Below, piece after piece: positions 28,524 to 38,775 of a DNA stretch of 64,000 nt. Under the pieces are notes generated by a model. That model had not been told where the DNA came from. It searched no databases and worked only from the letters and a program-made list of their open reading frames with translations. The DNA lies in the NCBI GenBank assembly GCA_001443005.1, contig LEKQ01000005.1:64809-128808 (forward strand). The letters are read 5' to 3'. The position numbers were made by a program, and so were the translations under genes. The DNA is from a bacterium GBS-1 (GTDB taxonomy: Bacteria > Synergistota > GBS-1). Each line of letters opens with the position of its first letter. Within the stretch, counting starts at the first letter, position 1.

Positions 28524-29055
28524 TGAAGCTGGCAGGGGTCCCTTGGCTGGACCCGTGGTCGCCGCTGCGGTTATTCTCCCTCAAGGGTATGTCAATCATG
28601 AGATAAGGGACTCCAAGTCTCTTTCCTCCTTAAAGAAGGAAAGGCTATTTCACCTTTTGAAGCAGGAAGCCCTATCTTGGGCGGCGGCTTTGGTTGGCCC
28701 TGAGGAGATAGATAAAAGAGACATTCTCTGGGCTTCGCTTGAGGCGATGAGGAGAGCGATCTTAAGGCTTAAGGTAAAGCCGGATGCGGTTTTGGTTGAC
28801 GGCGTTCATCTAATCCCCAATTTAGGCATACCTCAAAGAGCCGTTCCTAAGGGGGATAAGATATTCCCGCCCATATCTGCAGCTTCCATAATAGCTAAGG
28901 TCATCAGGGATCGGATAATGTGCGCTTGGGATAAGGTATATCCGGAATATGGTTTCTCCAAACACAAAGGTTATCCAACTAAGGAGCATAAGCGTATCTT
29001 AGCCATCTTTGGTCCTTCGCCCATTCATAGAAAGAGCTTTAAGGGGTGTTTGTGA
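28471..29055 (+). CDS. rnhB: ribonuclease HII
   Basis: AGVDEAGRGPLAGPVV catalytic motif. The start is ambiguous between ATG at 28471 and the in-frame TTG at 28495 (MSSLLVAGVDE). The longest ORF begins at 28432. Confidence 0.9.
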   Translation: MEDWEDGRLSSLLVAGVDEAGRGPLAGPVVAAAVILPQGYVNHEIRDSKSLSSLKKERLFHLLKQEALSWAAALVGPEEIDKRDILWASLEAMRRAILRLKVKPDAVLVDGVHLIPNLGIPQRAVPKGDKIFPPISAASIIAKVIRDRIMCAWDKVYPEYGFSKHKGYPTKEHKRILAIFGPSPIHRKSFKGCL

Positions 29056-29058
29056 TTC

Positions 29059-30141
29059 TTGAGCCTGATAAGGTTGAGCGTCTCCGATGAGGTTTTAAGA
29101 AAGCTTCTTCCCCTCAAGGGGAAGGTAATCGAGGGAAAGGTCGTAGGAAAAGCTGGGGAGCTTCCCTTGCTTGAGGTTGATGATCTTCTTTTCCCTGCTG
29201 AAAGCAGGGTTTCACTGAAATTCGGGAGTCGCGTTTCCCTTTGGGTCAAGGGGATAAGTGGGGGGAAGCTTTATCTTCAGCTTCTTTCTCAAGATGATAT
29301 AGATGATGATTTCTTCAAACTCGGCTTAAGAGACAGGCCTGAGACCAGATTGGCTTATAAGCTCCTTAAATATATGGGAGTTCAAGCAGCTAAAGAAATA
29401 GTTGAGCTTCTAAGTCAGCTTCTAATTAAGGCTAAAGACCCTACCTTTGTGGCTGAGCTTCTTAAGGCCCTTCACCTTAGGTTCGGGCTCTCCAGTCCAA
29501 TAATCAGCTTTCTTCTTCACCTCGGTGGTGATCTATCTAACCTGAAGGATTTGCTCTTAAGGATCCTCTTCTATGGTAGTGAGGAGATTAAGGGAATGTT
29601 GAAGGAGATCATACCGAGGAAGGGCAAGGGATTAGCTTCTGAAATAAGAGGTTTTCTTTTAAGAAGTGGGGTTCTCAAGTTCGGGGGTTTAAGCGAAGCT
29701 TTGCTGCTTAGGGGGAAGAGTAAGGATGAGCTTTCCCTTCTGGGGTGGCTCCTTTTACCAAGGCTTTTGAGCTTCGCCCCGAAGGAGGGGGATTGGTTAA
29801 TTTACTTTTGGTTCCCGGTCCTCGATGATAAAGGGGAGCTCTCGGTTTTCCTTTTGAAAAGACACAAAGTTAAGCAGAAGGAGCAAGATGGGGAAAGGTA
29901 CGAGCTCCTTTTAGACCTTAAGACTCTTGGTAAGATAAAGGTTCTCTTTTACCTTCTTAAGGGTAAGCTGTGGATAACCTTTGAGGCCGAAAGCGAGGGG
30001 ACATTAGCCTCTTTAAGAAGAAAGTCCTCTGAGCTTTTTTCTATCCTTGAGTCTCAGGGATACAGCGTAGGCGGAGTTTCCGTAAGGGCTATGGTGGTAG
30101 ATAAAGGTCCGGAAGGGGAGGAGTTGGATATAAGAGTATGA
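29059..30141 (+). CDS. YlqG-like protein with a FliK-like C-terminal (Flg_hook-type) domain
   Basis: Same position as B. subtilis ylqG, after rnhB and before the FlhB-C-like gene. The C-terminal [30 protein letters not shown]...LESQGYSVG parallels the FliK C-terminus in this window (LGKVKFEIEVQGDKITARF...FRSQGYLFE). Confidence 0.6.
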   Translation: MSLIRLSVSDEVLRKLLPLKGKVIEGKVVGKAGELPLLEVDDLLFPAESRVSLKFGSRVSLWVKGISGGKLYLQLLSQDDIDDDFFKLGLRDRPETRLAYKLLKYMGVQAAKEIVELLSQLLIKAKDPTFVAELLKALHLRFGLSSPIISFLLHLGGDLSNLKDLLLRILFYGSEEIKGMLKEIIPRKGKGLASEIRGFLLRSGVLKFGGLSEALLLRGKSKDELSLLGWLLLPRLLSFAPKEGDWLIYFWFPVLDDKGELSVFLLKRHKVKQKEQDGERYELLLDLKTLGKIKVLFYLLKGKLWITFEAESEGTLASLRRKSSELFSILESQGYSVGGVSVRAMVVDKGPEGEELDIRV

Positions 30142-30413
30142 CTAAAGAAGAAATTAAGAAAGCTGCCGCCTTAAAGTACGATGAAGAAGAGGATAGGGCG
30201 CCTAAGGTAGTGGCCTCAGGCAGGGGCAGGGTGGCGGAGAGGATATTGGAGATAGCTAAGGAGCACGGCATACCTATATATGAGGACCCAGACTTAGTCG
30301 AGCTCCTCCTTAAGGTTGACTTGGGAGAGGAGATACCTCCTGAGCTTTATAAGGCTATAGCCGAGGTCTTAGCTTTCATATATAGTCTTAGAGAGGAGGG
30401 GCATAGAAGTTGA
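30138..30413 (+). CDS. FlhB C-terminal-domain-like protein (YlqH/FhlB-domain, lacks TM region and NPTH site)
   Basis: 91 aa. [21 protein letters not shown] is nearly identical to the C-terminus of FlhB in this window ([21 protein letters not shown]). ATGA overlap with the upstream gene. Confidence 0.85.
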   Translation: MTKEEIKKAAALKYDEEEDRAPKVVASGRGRVAERILEIAKEHGIPIYEDPDLVELLLKVDLGEEIPPELYKAIAEVLAFIYSLREEGHRS

Positions 30414-31504
30414 AGTGCCTACCTGTTACCAAGCTTGAGGAGGGTATGGTGGTTGGAAAGACCATATATACCTCCGATGGAAGACCTCTCCTGAGAAGGG
30501 GAACGGTCTTAGAGAGGAGGCACATAGAGAGGCTTAAGAACCTTGGTATACCCGTTATATACGTTGAGGAGAATTTGGTGAGGGCGGAGGTTGAGGAAGC
30601 TATAATGGACGGGGTTAGAGTGAGCGCGGTGCAAGAGGCGCGAAGGATAATCCTTAAGGTTAGAAAGGAGTTGAAGTTTTACAACAAGAAAGTGAGCGAA
30701 GTTGACCTGAGCGATGATATGGAAAGAGTTAAGGGTGTTATAGACAGCTTGATAAAGGAGGTCCTGAAGACGAAGAGTGCCCTCTTTAGCTTCATAGATA
30801 TAAGAGGTGTAGATGATTTCCTTTATAGTCATATGGTGAATGTAACTGTTCTTGGGATGATGACCGGGCTAAGCTTGGGATATAAACCTGACAAGCTCTT
30901 TCTTCTTGGGGTAGGGCTTTTCCTCCACGATATCGGGAAGGCTATCATCGATGACGTCGTGTTGGCTAACCAGAAGCTTTTCGATAGGGAAACCAATCCG
31001 ATGATAATCAAGCACCCCTTGATTGGGTATGAACTCATAAAGGGTATTCCTGGAGTATCCTTACTTTCCGCGCATGTTGCCTATCAGCATCACGAGAGGG
31101 TTGATGGGGAAGGTTATCCTCGAGGCCTATCCGGTTCTGAGATCCATGAGTTCGCGAAGATAGCGAGCGTAGTCAACGCCTATGATATACTTGTCTCTGG
31201 ATCTCCCTTTCACCCTAGGGTTAAGCCCAGTGAAGCCGTTGATATGATTAAGGGAAAGGTCAGAAGCTTTTTCGATAAGGATGTAGTTGAGGCTCTCTTA
31301 AAGAATATAGCCCTTTATCCCGTTGGAAGCGTGGTTAAGCTCTCTACAGGTGAATTAGCCATGGTCTCTCAGACTAAGAAGGGGTTCCCGGATAGACCCA
31401 TCGTGAGGATTCTAAAGGATCAGGAGGACAGAGATCTTGATGTTTCAGTGGAGATAGACCTTTCCTTTCGCGATGATATCTCTATCGTGGGAGTAATTGA
31501 ATGA
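30410..31504 (+). CDS. HD-GYP domain c-di-GMP phosphodiesterase
   Basis: HDIGK and [11 protein letters not shown] motifs. The start overlaps the ylqH-like stop. Confidence 0.85.
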   Translation: MKCLPVTKLEEGMVVGKTIYTSDGRPLLRRGTVLERRHIERLKNLGIPVIYVEENLVRAEVEEAIMDGVRVSAVQEARRIILKVRKELKFYNKKVSEVDLSDDMERVKGVIDSLIKEVLKTKSALFSFIDIRGVDDFLYSHMVNVTVLGMMTGLSLGYKPDKLFLLGVGLFLHDIGKAIIDDVVLANQKLFDRETNPMIIKHPLIGYELIKGIPGVSLLSAHVAYQHHERVDGEGYPRGLSGSEIHEFAKIASVVNAYDILVSGSPFHPRVKPSEAVDMIKGKVRSFFDKDVVEALLKNIALYPVGSVVKLSTGELAMVSQTKKGFPDRPIVRILKDQEDRDLDVSVEIDLSFRDDISIVGVIE

Positions 31505-31845
31505 GAGAGAAGGGGATTAAAGGGGAAGATAAAGCAGTTTCTCACCTTAAGCTTAAGGGGTATAGGATAGTTGAGAGGAACTATAGGACTCCCTTTGGTG
31601 AGGTGGATGTGATCGCTGAGAGGGATGGTGTAATGATCTTCGTAGAGGTCAAAAGCAGATCTAAGGATAGGGCGGAAGAGGCTTTTACTCTGAGCAAGGC
31701 TAAAAGGCTTTATAAGTCGGCCATGGTATACCTCGCTTCTAAGGGACTTTTGGATCATCCTTTCAGGTTTGACCTTATAGCGATAAGTGATGACGAGCTT
31801 GAGCATTATGAGAACATCCTTTGGGAGGATGGGGTGATTGGTTAG
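31501..31845 (+). CDS. yraN: YraN-family (UPF0102) predicted endonuclease
   Basis: GYRIVERNYRTPFGEVDVIAERDGVMIFVEVKSR. Confidence 0.85.
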   Translation: MREKGIKGEDKAVSHLKLKGYRIVERNYRTPFGEVDVIAERDGVMIFVEVKSRSKDRAEEAFTLSKAKRLYKSAMVYLASKGLLDHPFRFDLIAISDDELEHYENILWEDGVIG

Positions 31846-33367
31846 CTTCTGCTGGACCGTTGCCTTTGATGGCGTTCAAGCTATTCCGGTTAAGGTTGAG
31901 GTCGATATATCCCGAGGGCTTCCCGCCTTCAATGTGGTCGGCTTACCTGACGCAGTGGTGAGGGAGTCTAAGGAGAGAGTGAGGTCTGCTATCAGGAACG
32001 CAGGTTTTTCCTTTCCCTTAAGTAGGGTTGTGGTTAACTTAGTTCCTGCTGATCTCAAGAAGGAGGGAAGCCATTTTGACCTCGCGATAGCTTTAGCGCT
32101 TCTTTCAGCCTGCGGGGAGCTTCGCGAGCTTTCAGATTGGCTCGTCTTTGGGGAGCTTTCTCTTAACGGAGAGCTTGAGAGGTCAAAGGGAGCTATACTT
32201 GCTGCCTCTTTAGCCAAGGAGATGGGGTTTAAGTTCCTCTTTCCCTTGAAGAACCTTAAAGAAGTATCTCCTATTGCTCAAGGTTTATCTGCTTATGGCG
32301 TTAGGGATCTATCACAAGCTCTATCGTTCCTTAGAGGAGATGTGAAGCTGATGGAAGTTGAACCATCTAAGGTTGAGAGCTCTTACGTTGACTCTGAGTT
32401 TGATATGTCCGATGTTAAAGGGCAGGCTTTCGCAAAGAGGGCCATAGAGATAGGAGCTGCGGGCTGGCATAACCTTCTCATGATAGGTCCACCGGGGAGC
32501 GGTAAGACCATGCTCGCTAAGATATTGATTTCCCTGCTTCCTCCCCTTTCGGAGGGTGAGATAATAGAGGTTTCCAAGATATACAGCCTATCTGGGTATT
32601 TGAGCGATGGGCTGGTAACCTCTAGGCCCTTTAGAGCTCCTCACCATACTATAAGTGAGATAGGCTTGTGCGGCGGTGGAAGCTCTCCTCGTCCTGGAGA
32701 GATATCCTTAGCTCATAGGGGCGTTTTATTCTTGGACGAGCTTCCGGAGTTCTCACGCAGGGCGCTTGAGATATTGAGGCAACCCTTGGAGGACGGGGTA
32801 GTTAACCTTTCGAGAGCAGGTTATTCGGTTTCCTTCCCCGCTCGTTTTCTCTTAGTTTGTGCCATGAACCCATGCCCCTGTGGCTTTTTGGGTGACCCTG
32901 AAAGGGATTGTAAGTGCTCTCCTATTTCCATAAGGAGATACCTATCGAAAGTTTCTGGTCCATTGATAGATAGGATAGACTTGCACGTTGAAGTCCCGAG
33001 GCTTAAACCTGATGAGCTCCTATCGGAGGGGTTAACTTTATCTGAAAGCAGTGAGGATGTTAGAAAGAGGGTTGCTTTGGCATGGGAGGTTCAAAGGGAT
33101 AGGTTTTCCTCCAACACGAAGTTTAACTCCTTTATGACTCCCGATGAGCTGAAAAGATTTTGCCCCATAGGCAAGGAGGAGAGGGATTTCCTGAGAAATG
33201 CATTGAGGGAGCTGGGCTTAACCGCTAGAGCATATGCGAAGATCTTAAAGGTGTCTAGAACCATAGCCGATCTTGAGGGTAGATCGAGAATAGAGATAGG
33301 GCATCTCGCTGAGGCTCTCTCATTCAGACTCCTTGATAGAAGGGATACGCCTTGGACGATCGTTTAG
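31838..33367 (+). CDS. comM: YifB/ComM family Mg-chelatase-like AAA+ ATPase
   Basis: Lon-like N-terminal domain, Walker A GPPGSGKTM, and VLFLDELPEF. Confidence 0.9.
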   Translation: MVSFCWTVAFDGVQAIPVKVEVDISRGLPAFNVVGLPDAVVRESKERVRSAIRNAGFSFPLSRVVVNLVPADLKKEGSHFDLAIALALLSACGELRELSDWLVFGELSLNGELERSKGAILAASLAKEMGFKFLFPLKNLKEVSPIAQGLSAYGVRDLSQALSFLRGDVKLMEVEPSKVESSYVDSEFDMSDVKGQAFAKRAIEIGAAGWHNLLMIGPPGSGKTMLAKILISLLPPLSEGEIIEVSKIYSLSGYLSDGLVTSRPFRAPHHTISEIGLCGGGSSPRPGEISLAHRGVLFLDELPEFSRRALEILRQPLEDGVVNLSRAGYSVSFPARFLLVCAMNPCPCGFLGDPERDCKCSPISIRRYLSKVSGPLIDRIDLHVEVPRLKPDELLSEGLTLSESSEDVRKRVALAWEVQRDRFSSNTKFNSFMTPDELKRFCPIGKEERDFLRNALRELGLTARAYAKILKVSRTIADLEGRSRIEIGHLAEALSFRLLDRRDTPWTIV

Positions 33368-34425
33368 CTCTTCTTGGGCTTAACCTCGTTGAAGGCCTCG
33401 GCCCCAAGAGAATAGCCTCTCTTATCTCCTTTTTCGGTTCTCCCTCCCGCGCCTGGGATGCTACGGCGGAGGAGATTCTCGAGGTCCCGGGGATGGGAGA
33501 GAGGATAGCTCAAGTTTTCCTTCAGGTTAAAAGGGATGGGCTTCTTGAGAGAGAGCTCGAGATTATGGAGAGGGAAGGGATAGGCTTTTTGACCATCCTC
33601 GATGAGGGTTACCCGTCCCTTCTCAAAGAGATAAAGGATCCTCCACCTGTGATATACGTCAAGGGGGAATTAAGCGACAGCTTTAACTTAGCCATAGTTG
33701 GAACGAGAAAACCATCACCCTATGGTAGGAAGGTGGCACGAGAATTTGCTAAGGAGATAGCCCTAAGGGGTGTATGCGTGGTTAGCGGGCTTGCCAGGGG
33801 AATAGACTCGGAAGCGCATAGAGGGGCCTTGGAGGCGGAGGGCTTAACTTACGCTGTCTTGGGATCAGGGCTGCTTAAGGTATATCCGCCTGAGCTTAAG
33901 GGGTTGGCTAGGGAAATAGAAGATAAAGGTGCCTTAATAAGTGAGTATCCTCTTTTAACTCCGCCTCTTTCGCAGAACTTCCCGAGAAGAAACAGGATAA
34001 TAAGCGGCTTGTCCAGGGGAGTTCTGATAGTTGAGGCCCCTTTAAAAAGCGGTGCCATGATCACCGTATTTTACGCTTTAGAGCAAGGAAGGGATGTCTT
34101 CGCCATTCCCGGCAGCATATACTCGCCTCAGAGCGAAGGTTCTAACCTTCTCATCCAGCAGGGGGCGAAACTCGTTATGAAGCCCGATGATCTACTTGAG
34201 GAATACGGAGCTATGGGCCGTTTTTATAAAAATAGACAAAATAATTTAGATATTTCTGAAGAAGAAAAGAGATTTCTTGATAAATTGCCTATTGGAGAGG
34301 TTTTATCGATAGATGCTTTGTTTTATAATGATACTAGTAGCAAAAATTATGCTATAATAACCGTGCTTGAACTTAAAGGGTATTTAAAGAGGGTAGAAGG
34401 TGGAAAGATTATGCGTTTGAGGTGA
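33352..34425 (+). CDS. dprA: DNA processing protein DprA (Smf)
   Basis: Rossmann-like GTRKPSPYG...GLARGIDSEAH core plus a C-terminal winged-helix domain. The last ~220 nt are strongly AT-rich. Confidence 0.9.
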   Translation: MDDRLALLGLNLVEGLGPKRIASLISFFGSPSRAWDATAEEILEVPGMGERIAQVFLQVKRDGLLERELEIMEREGIGFLTILDEGYPSLLKEIKDPPPVIYVKGELSDSFNLAIVGTRKPSPYGRKVAREFAKEIALRGVCVVSGLARGIDSEAHRGALEAEGLTYAVLGSGLLKVYPPELKGLAREIEDKGALISEYPLLTPPLSQNFPRRNRIISGLSRGVLIVEAPLKSGAMITVFYALEQGRDVFAIPGSIYSPQSEGSNLLIQQGAKLVMKPDDLLEEYGAMGRFYKNRQNNLDISEEEKRFLDKLPIGEVLSIDALFYNDTSSKNYAIITVLELKGYLKRVEGGKIMRLR

Positions 34426-34453
34426 AAGATCGGTCTTTTCATTTTCGGGAGGG

Positions 34454-34729
34454 GTGAGAATGGAGGAGAGATGGATAAGGGTTCTTCACGCGAGGGAGAA
34501 GCTTAGACTGACCCCCGCTGCTGAAGGGATAATATATAAAGCTATTCAGCTTGGCATACTGACTGAGGAGGAGAGGGAGGCTCTCCTAGAGCAAATTATG
34601 TTTCTTACGCCCGGGAAGTTCAAGGAGATAGATGTGGATGACCTTAGGCTTATAATGGAGAGGTTCGTCAGCGATGAGGATGTTCTCTTAACCCTTTTTG
34701 AGGAGGGAGAAGGTAAAGTATTAAATTGA
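34454..34729 (+). CDS. hypothetical 91-aa protein at the position where topA is expected
   Basis: ORF with a plausible RBS and no recognisable family. It is acidic and probably helical. Confidence 0.45.
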   Translation: MRMEERWIRVLHAREKLRLTPAAEGIIYKAIQLGILTEEEREALLEQIMFLTPGKFKEIDVDDLRLIMERFVSDEDVLLTLFEEGEGKVLN

Positions 34730-36021
34730 GCAAGGTTTATGTCATAGGCGGGGGGCTTGCGGGAAGCGAAGCAGCTTGGCAAATCGCCAAAAGAGGAATA
34801 AGGGTGGTTCTCTTTGAGATGCGCCCGGGGGTTATGACGCCAGCGCATAAGACTGGGTATTTCGCCGAGCTCGTTTGCAGTAATTCCCTTGGGGCCGAAG
34901 GTTTGGATACGGCCTCGGGTCTCCTTAAGGAGGAGCTTAGGATACTGGGGTCAATGGTGCTTGAGTGCGCTTATTCTGCGAGGGTTCCCGCGGGGAAGGC
35001 TCTTGCGGTTGATAGAGAGAAGTTTGCTAAGGAGATAACCGAGAGGATAAGCTCAAATCCGTATATAGAGATCGTCAGAGAGGAGGTCAAAGAGCTTCCT
35101 CAAGAGTGTGAAGTTATAGTTGCAACTGGTCCTCTAACGTCCCAATCCCTGGCTGAGAGTTTAAGGAAGCTGCTTGGCTCAGATTATCTTTACTTTTACG
35201 ATGCTGTTTCCCCCATAGTTACTTATGAGTCCCTTAATATGGATAAGATATTCAGAGGCTCAAGATATGGGGCTGGGGATGATTATTTGAACTGCCCGAT
35301 GACTAAGGAGGAGTACGAGGCCTTTTGGGAAGCTTTGGTCAAGGCTGAGCGTCATCCTCTTCATCCTTTCGAGGATCCCAAGTATTTTGAGGGTTGTTTG
35401 CCCATAGAGGTTATAGCTTCGAGGGGGAAGGAAACCCTCCTTTATGGTCCACTTAAGCCGGTTGGTTTAATAGATCCGAGGACCGGCAAGGAACCCTACG
35501 CTGTAGTTCAACTTAGAAAGGAAAACCTCGAGGGAACGCTTTACAATCTGGTGGGCTTTCAAACCAATTTGAAATGGAGCGAACAGAAGAGAGTCTTCAG
35601 GATGATACCTGGCCTTGAGAACGCTGAGTTTGTTAGGTATGGCGTCATGCACAGAAACATCTTCATAAACTCTCCCGTACTGCTTGATAATTCCTTGAGA
35701 CTTAAGATTAACCCGAGGGTCCTATTCGCTGGGCAGATCGTAGGCGTTGAGGGGTATATGGAGTCGACGGCTATGGGATTGGTTGCTGCTTTAAGCGTGG
35801 TTTCAGGAGGCAAAATATCCTTTCCGCCTGAGACGATGATCGGCTCGCTCTTAAGATACATAACGAGCGCTTCCCCTAAGAGCTTCCAGCCGATGAACGC
35901 TAACTTTGGTATTCTTCCTCCGCTTGAGATCAATGTGCGAAATAGAAAGGATAAAAGGATAAAATTTTCAGAAAGAGCGATAAAGGCCTTGACAAATTGG
36001 TGGGAAAGGTTAAAATATTAA
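34726..36021 (+). CDS. trmFO: methylenetetrahydrofolate--tRNA-(uracil54-C5)-methyltransferase
   Basis: VIGGGLAGSEAAWQ FAD motif. TrmFO/Gid length. Confidence 0.95.
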   Translation: MSKVYVIGGGLAGSEAAWQIAKRGIRVVLFEMRPGVMTPAHKTGYFAELVCSNSLGAEGLDTASGLLKEELRILGSMVLECAYSARVPAGKALAVDREKFAKEITERISSNPYIEIVREEVKELPQECEVIVATGPLTSQSLAESLRKLLGSDYLYFYDAVSPIVTYESLNMDKIFRGSRYGAGDDYLNCPMTKEEYEAFWEALVKAERHPLHPFEDPKYFEGCLPIEVIASRGKETLLYGPLKPVGLIDPRTGKEPYAVVQLRKENLEGTLYNLVGFQTNLKWSEQKRVFRMIPGLENAEFVRYGVMHRNIFINSPVLLDNSLRLKINPRVLFAGQIVGVEGYMESTAMGLVAALSVVSGGKISFPPETMIGSLLRYITSASPKSFQPMNANFGILPPLEINVRNRKDKRIKFSERAIKALTNWWERLKY

Positions 36022-36027
36022 GTTAAA

Positions 36028-36873
36028 ATGGGGTTTGAACTAGAGTTAGATGAATTTTTACATGAGCTTGCCTTATTTAAAGGATTTTCTGAGCACACTC
36101 TCAAGGCTTACTCTTCTGATGTGTGTGATTTTTTAAACTTTTTAGAAGCGAGATTCCTTGATTTAAGCAGAGAGGCTTTGTGGGAGTATAGGAGCTTTCT
36201 ATCCTCTCAGGGATATGAGAAAAGCAGTATAGCGCGCAAGCTATCTTCTATAAGGTCCTTTTTAAGGTTTCTTAGAAGGAAGGGGTATATAAGTGAGCCT
36301 TTGGAGAAGTTTATTAGGAACCCTAAGTCGGGAAGGCCTCTTCCCCGAGCCCTGTCTAAGGAGGAGGTAGAGCAGCTCATATCGGTTGCTTCGGATGCGA
36401 GGGAGAGAGCGATAGTGGAGCTTATCTATGCAACCGGTGTTAGGGTTAGTGAGCTTGTTTCTCTGAACTGGAGCGATATAGACTGGGATAGTGAAGTGGT
36501 GAGGGTTTTGGGGAAAGGGGGCAAGGAAAGGGTCGTCCCCATAGGATCTAAGGCCCTCGAGGCTTTGAGGGCTTATGGATCTGAGAGTGGGATGAAGGGG
36601 CCCCTTTTTAAGAATAGAGATGGTGATAGGCTCACGTCGAGGAGCGTGGAGAGGATCGTAAAGAGGATGGCTATTAAGGCTGGCTTGGGAAGCGATGTCA
36701 CCCCCCACGTTTTAAGGCACTCGTTTGCTACTCATCTTCTCGAAGGGGGGGCCGATTTGCGCACCGTTCAGGAGTTGTTGGGGCATTCGAGCTTAACTAC
36801 AACGCAGATTTATACCAAGATAACGCTGGATAGGATAAAGGAGGTGTACGCTCTTGCCCATCCCCGGAGTTAG
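36028..36873 (+). CDS. xerC: site-specific tyrosine recombinase XerC
   Basis: N-terminal SAM-like core-binding domain. The catalytic residues (R...[19 protein letters not shown]...Y) are present. Confidence 0.9.
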   Translation: MGFELELDEFLHELALFKGFSEHTLKAYSSDVCDFLNFLEARFLDLSREALWEYRSFLSSQGYEKSSIARKLSSIRSFLRFLRRKGYISEPLEKFIRNPKSGRPLPRALSKEEVEQLISVASDARERAIVELIYATGVRVSELVSLNWSDIDWDSEVVRVLGKGGKERVVPIGSKALEALRAYGSESGMKGPLFKNRDGDRLTSRSVERIVKRMAIKAGLGSDVTPHVLRHSFATHLLEGGADLRTVQELLGHSSLTTTQIYTKITLDRIKEVYALAHPRS

Positions 36874-37393
36874 GTCTACTACGATAATAGCTTTAAAGCA
36901 TAAGGGTGATTCCGTTATGGGGGGAGATGGTCAGGTTACGATGGGGGAGATAGTCCTTAAGGAGAACGCTCGGAAGGTTAGACGCCTTTATGGTGGTAGG
37001 GTTTTGGCTGGCTTTGCTGGAGCGACTGCGGATGCCATGACATTGCTTGAGAGGTTTGAGGGAAAGCTTGAGGAGCATCAAGGGAATTTACTTAAGGCTG
37101 CCGTTGAGATGGCCAAGGATTGGAGAACGGATAGGGCCTTAAGGAGGCTTGAGGCTCTGCTGATAGTTATGGATAAGGAGAGGATGCTTCTAATATCTGG
37201 TACGGGGGATATAGTTGAGCCCGATGATAACGTGATAGCTGTTGGGTCGGGTGGGGCCTATGCCTTAGCTGCGGCAAAGGCGCTAATCGCTCATACGGAT
37301 CTTTCAGCTGAGGAGATAGTTAAGGAGTCCCTGAGGATAGCCTCCCTGTTATGCATATATACTAACGATAACTTTATAATAGAGAAACTTTAA
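36854..37393 (+). CDS. hslV: ATP-dependent protease subunit HslV (CodW-like, with N-terminal propeptide)
   Basis: [21 protein letters not shown]...GFAGATADA. The catalytic Thr sits after an 8-residue leader, MPIPGVRS. Confidence 0.9.
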   Translation: MPIPGVRSTTIIALKHKGDSVMGGDGQVTMGEIVLKENARKVRRLYGGRVLAGFAGATADAMTLLERFEGKLEEHQGNLLKAAVEMAKDWRTDRALRRLEALLIVMDKERMLLISGTGDIVEPDDNVIAVGSGGAYALAAAKALIAHTDLSAEEIVKESLRIASLLCIYTNDNFIIEKL

Positions 37394-37399
37394 AAAGAG

Positions 37400-38761
37400 G
37401 TGAAGATAATGTCGGTGGAGGGATTAACCCCTCGTCAGATAGTTGAAGCTCTTGATAGGTACATAGTTGGGCAAGAGGAGGCCAAGAAGGCGGTAGCGAT
37501 AGCCTTGAGAAATAGAATAAGGAGGAAAGCGCTTCCTCCTGAGTTGAGGGAGGAGATAGCTCCTAAGAACATACTCATGATAGGGCCCACAGGCGTCGGG
37601 AAGACCGAGATAGCAAGAAGGCTCGCTAGCCTCGTGGGAGCTCCATTCGTTAAGGTTGAGGCTACAAAGTTCACCGAGGTTGGCTATGTTGGCAGGGATG
37701 TCGATTCGATAATAAGGGAGCTGGTTGAGGTTGCGGTTCAGATGGTTAAATCGGAGAAGATCGAGGAGGTTAGGGAGGAGGCCAAGACTCACGCTGAGCT
37801 AAGAATAGTGGAGGCCTTGATGCCCGGCATGAGGTTTTCCTATGCCGCTCAGGAGCCTGGTTCTTTTGAGCCTTCCGTTAGAGAGAGCACGAGGCAGAGG
37901 CTTCTTGAGATGTTGAGGAGCGGGCAGCTTGAGGAGAGGGTGATAGAGATAGATACTGTGGACAGGTCAATGCCTAGGGTTGAGGTTTTCACAGCCATGG
38001 GGGTTGAGGACTTGGGGATTAACTTTCAGGATCTTTTAGGGAATATATTCCCTCCAAGGATGAAGAGAAGGAAGCTAAAGGTTAAGGAGGCCAGGAAAGT
38101 TCTTGAGCAGGAGGAGGCTCAGAAACTAATAGATATGGATGAGGTGGCTCAGGAGGCTATAAGGAGGGCCGAAGAAACCGGGATAGTCTTTATAGATGAG
38201 ATAGATAAAATCGTCAGTAAGGGTAGCACCTATGGTCCTGATGTGTCGAGGGAGGGGGTCCAAAGGGATCTCCTACCCATAGTTGAGGGGTCTACTGTTA
38301 TAACCAAGTATGGACCTGTTCGGACTGATCATATACTATTCATCGCTGCTGGTGCCTTTCATATAGCTAAGCCGTCGGACCTAATTCCCGAACTTCAAGG
38401 TAGATTCCCTATAAGAGTTGAGCTTAAGCCTTTGAGCAAGGATGACCTTGAGAGGATTCTGGTTGAGCCGAAGAATGCCTTGATAAAGCAATACAAAGCT
38501 CTCTTAGCTACAGAAGGGGTGGACCTTGATTTCACACCTGAGGCTATAAGCAAGATAGCTGAAATAGCTTATAGGATAAACGAGGAGATGGAGAACATTG
38601 GGGCAAGAAGGCTTCACACGGTTATGGAGAAACTCCTTGAAGACATATCCTTCGAGGCTCCTGAAAGACGGGGTTCGAGGGTAGTTATAGATGATAGGTA
38701 TGTTGAGGAGAAACTCTCCTCCATAGTGGGGAGAAAGGACCTAAGCCAGTATATCCTTTAA
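37400..38761 (+). CDS. hslU: ATP-dependent protease ATPase subunit HslU
   Basis: [17 protein letters not shown] and Walker [16 protein letters not shown]. The start may be the ATG at 37409. Confidence 0.95.
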   Translation: MKIMSVEGLTPRQIVEALDRYIVGQEEAKKAVAIALRNRIRRKALPPELREEIAPKNILMIGPTGVGKTEIARRLASLVGAPFVKVEATKFTEVGYVGRDVDSIIRELVEVAVQMVKSEKIEEVREEAKTHAELRIVEALMPGMRFSYAAQEPGSFEPSVRESTRQRLLEMLRSGQLEERVIEIDTVDRSMPRVEVFTAMGVEDLGINFQDLLGNIFPPRMKRRKLKVKEARKVLEQEEAQKLIDMDEVAQEAIRRAEETGIVFIDEIDKIVSKGSTYGPDVSREGVQRDLLPIVEGSTVITKYGPVRTDHILFIAAGAFHIAKPSDLIPELQGRFPIRVELKPLSKDDLERILVEPKNALIKQYKALLATEGVDLDFTPEAISKIAEIAYRINEEMENIGARRLHTVMEKLLEDISFEAPERRGSRVVIDDRYVEEKLSSIVGRKDLSQYIL

Positions 38762-38775
38762 GGAGGGGTGAAAAC

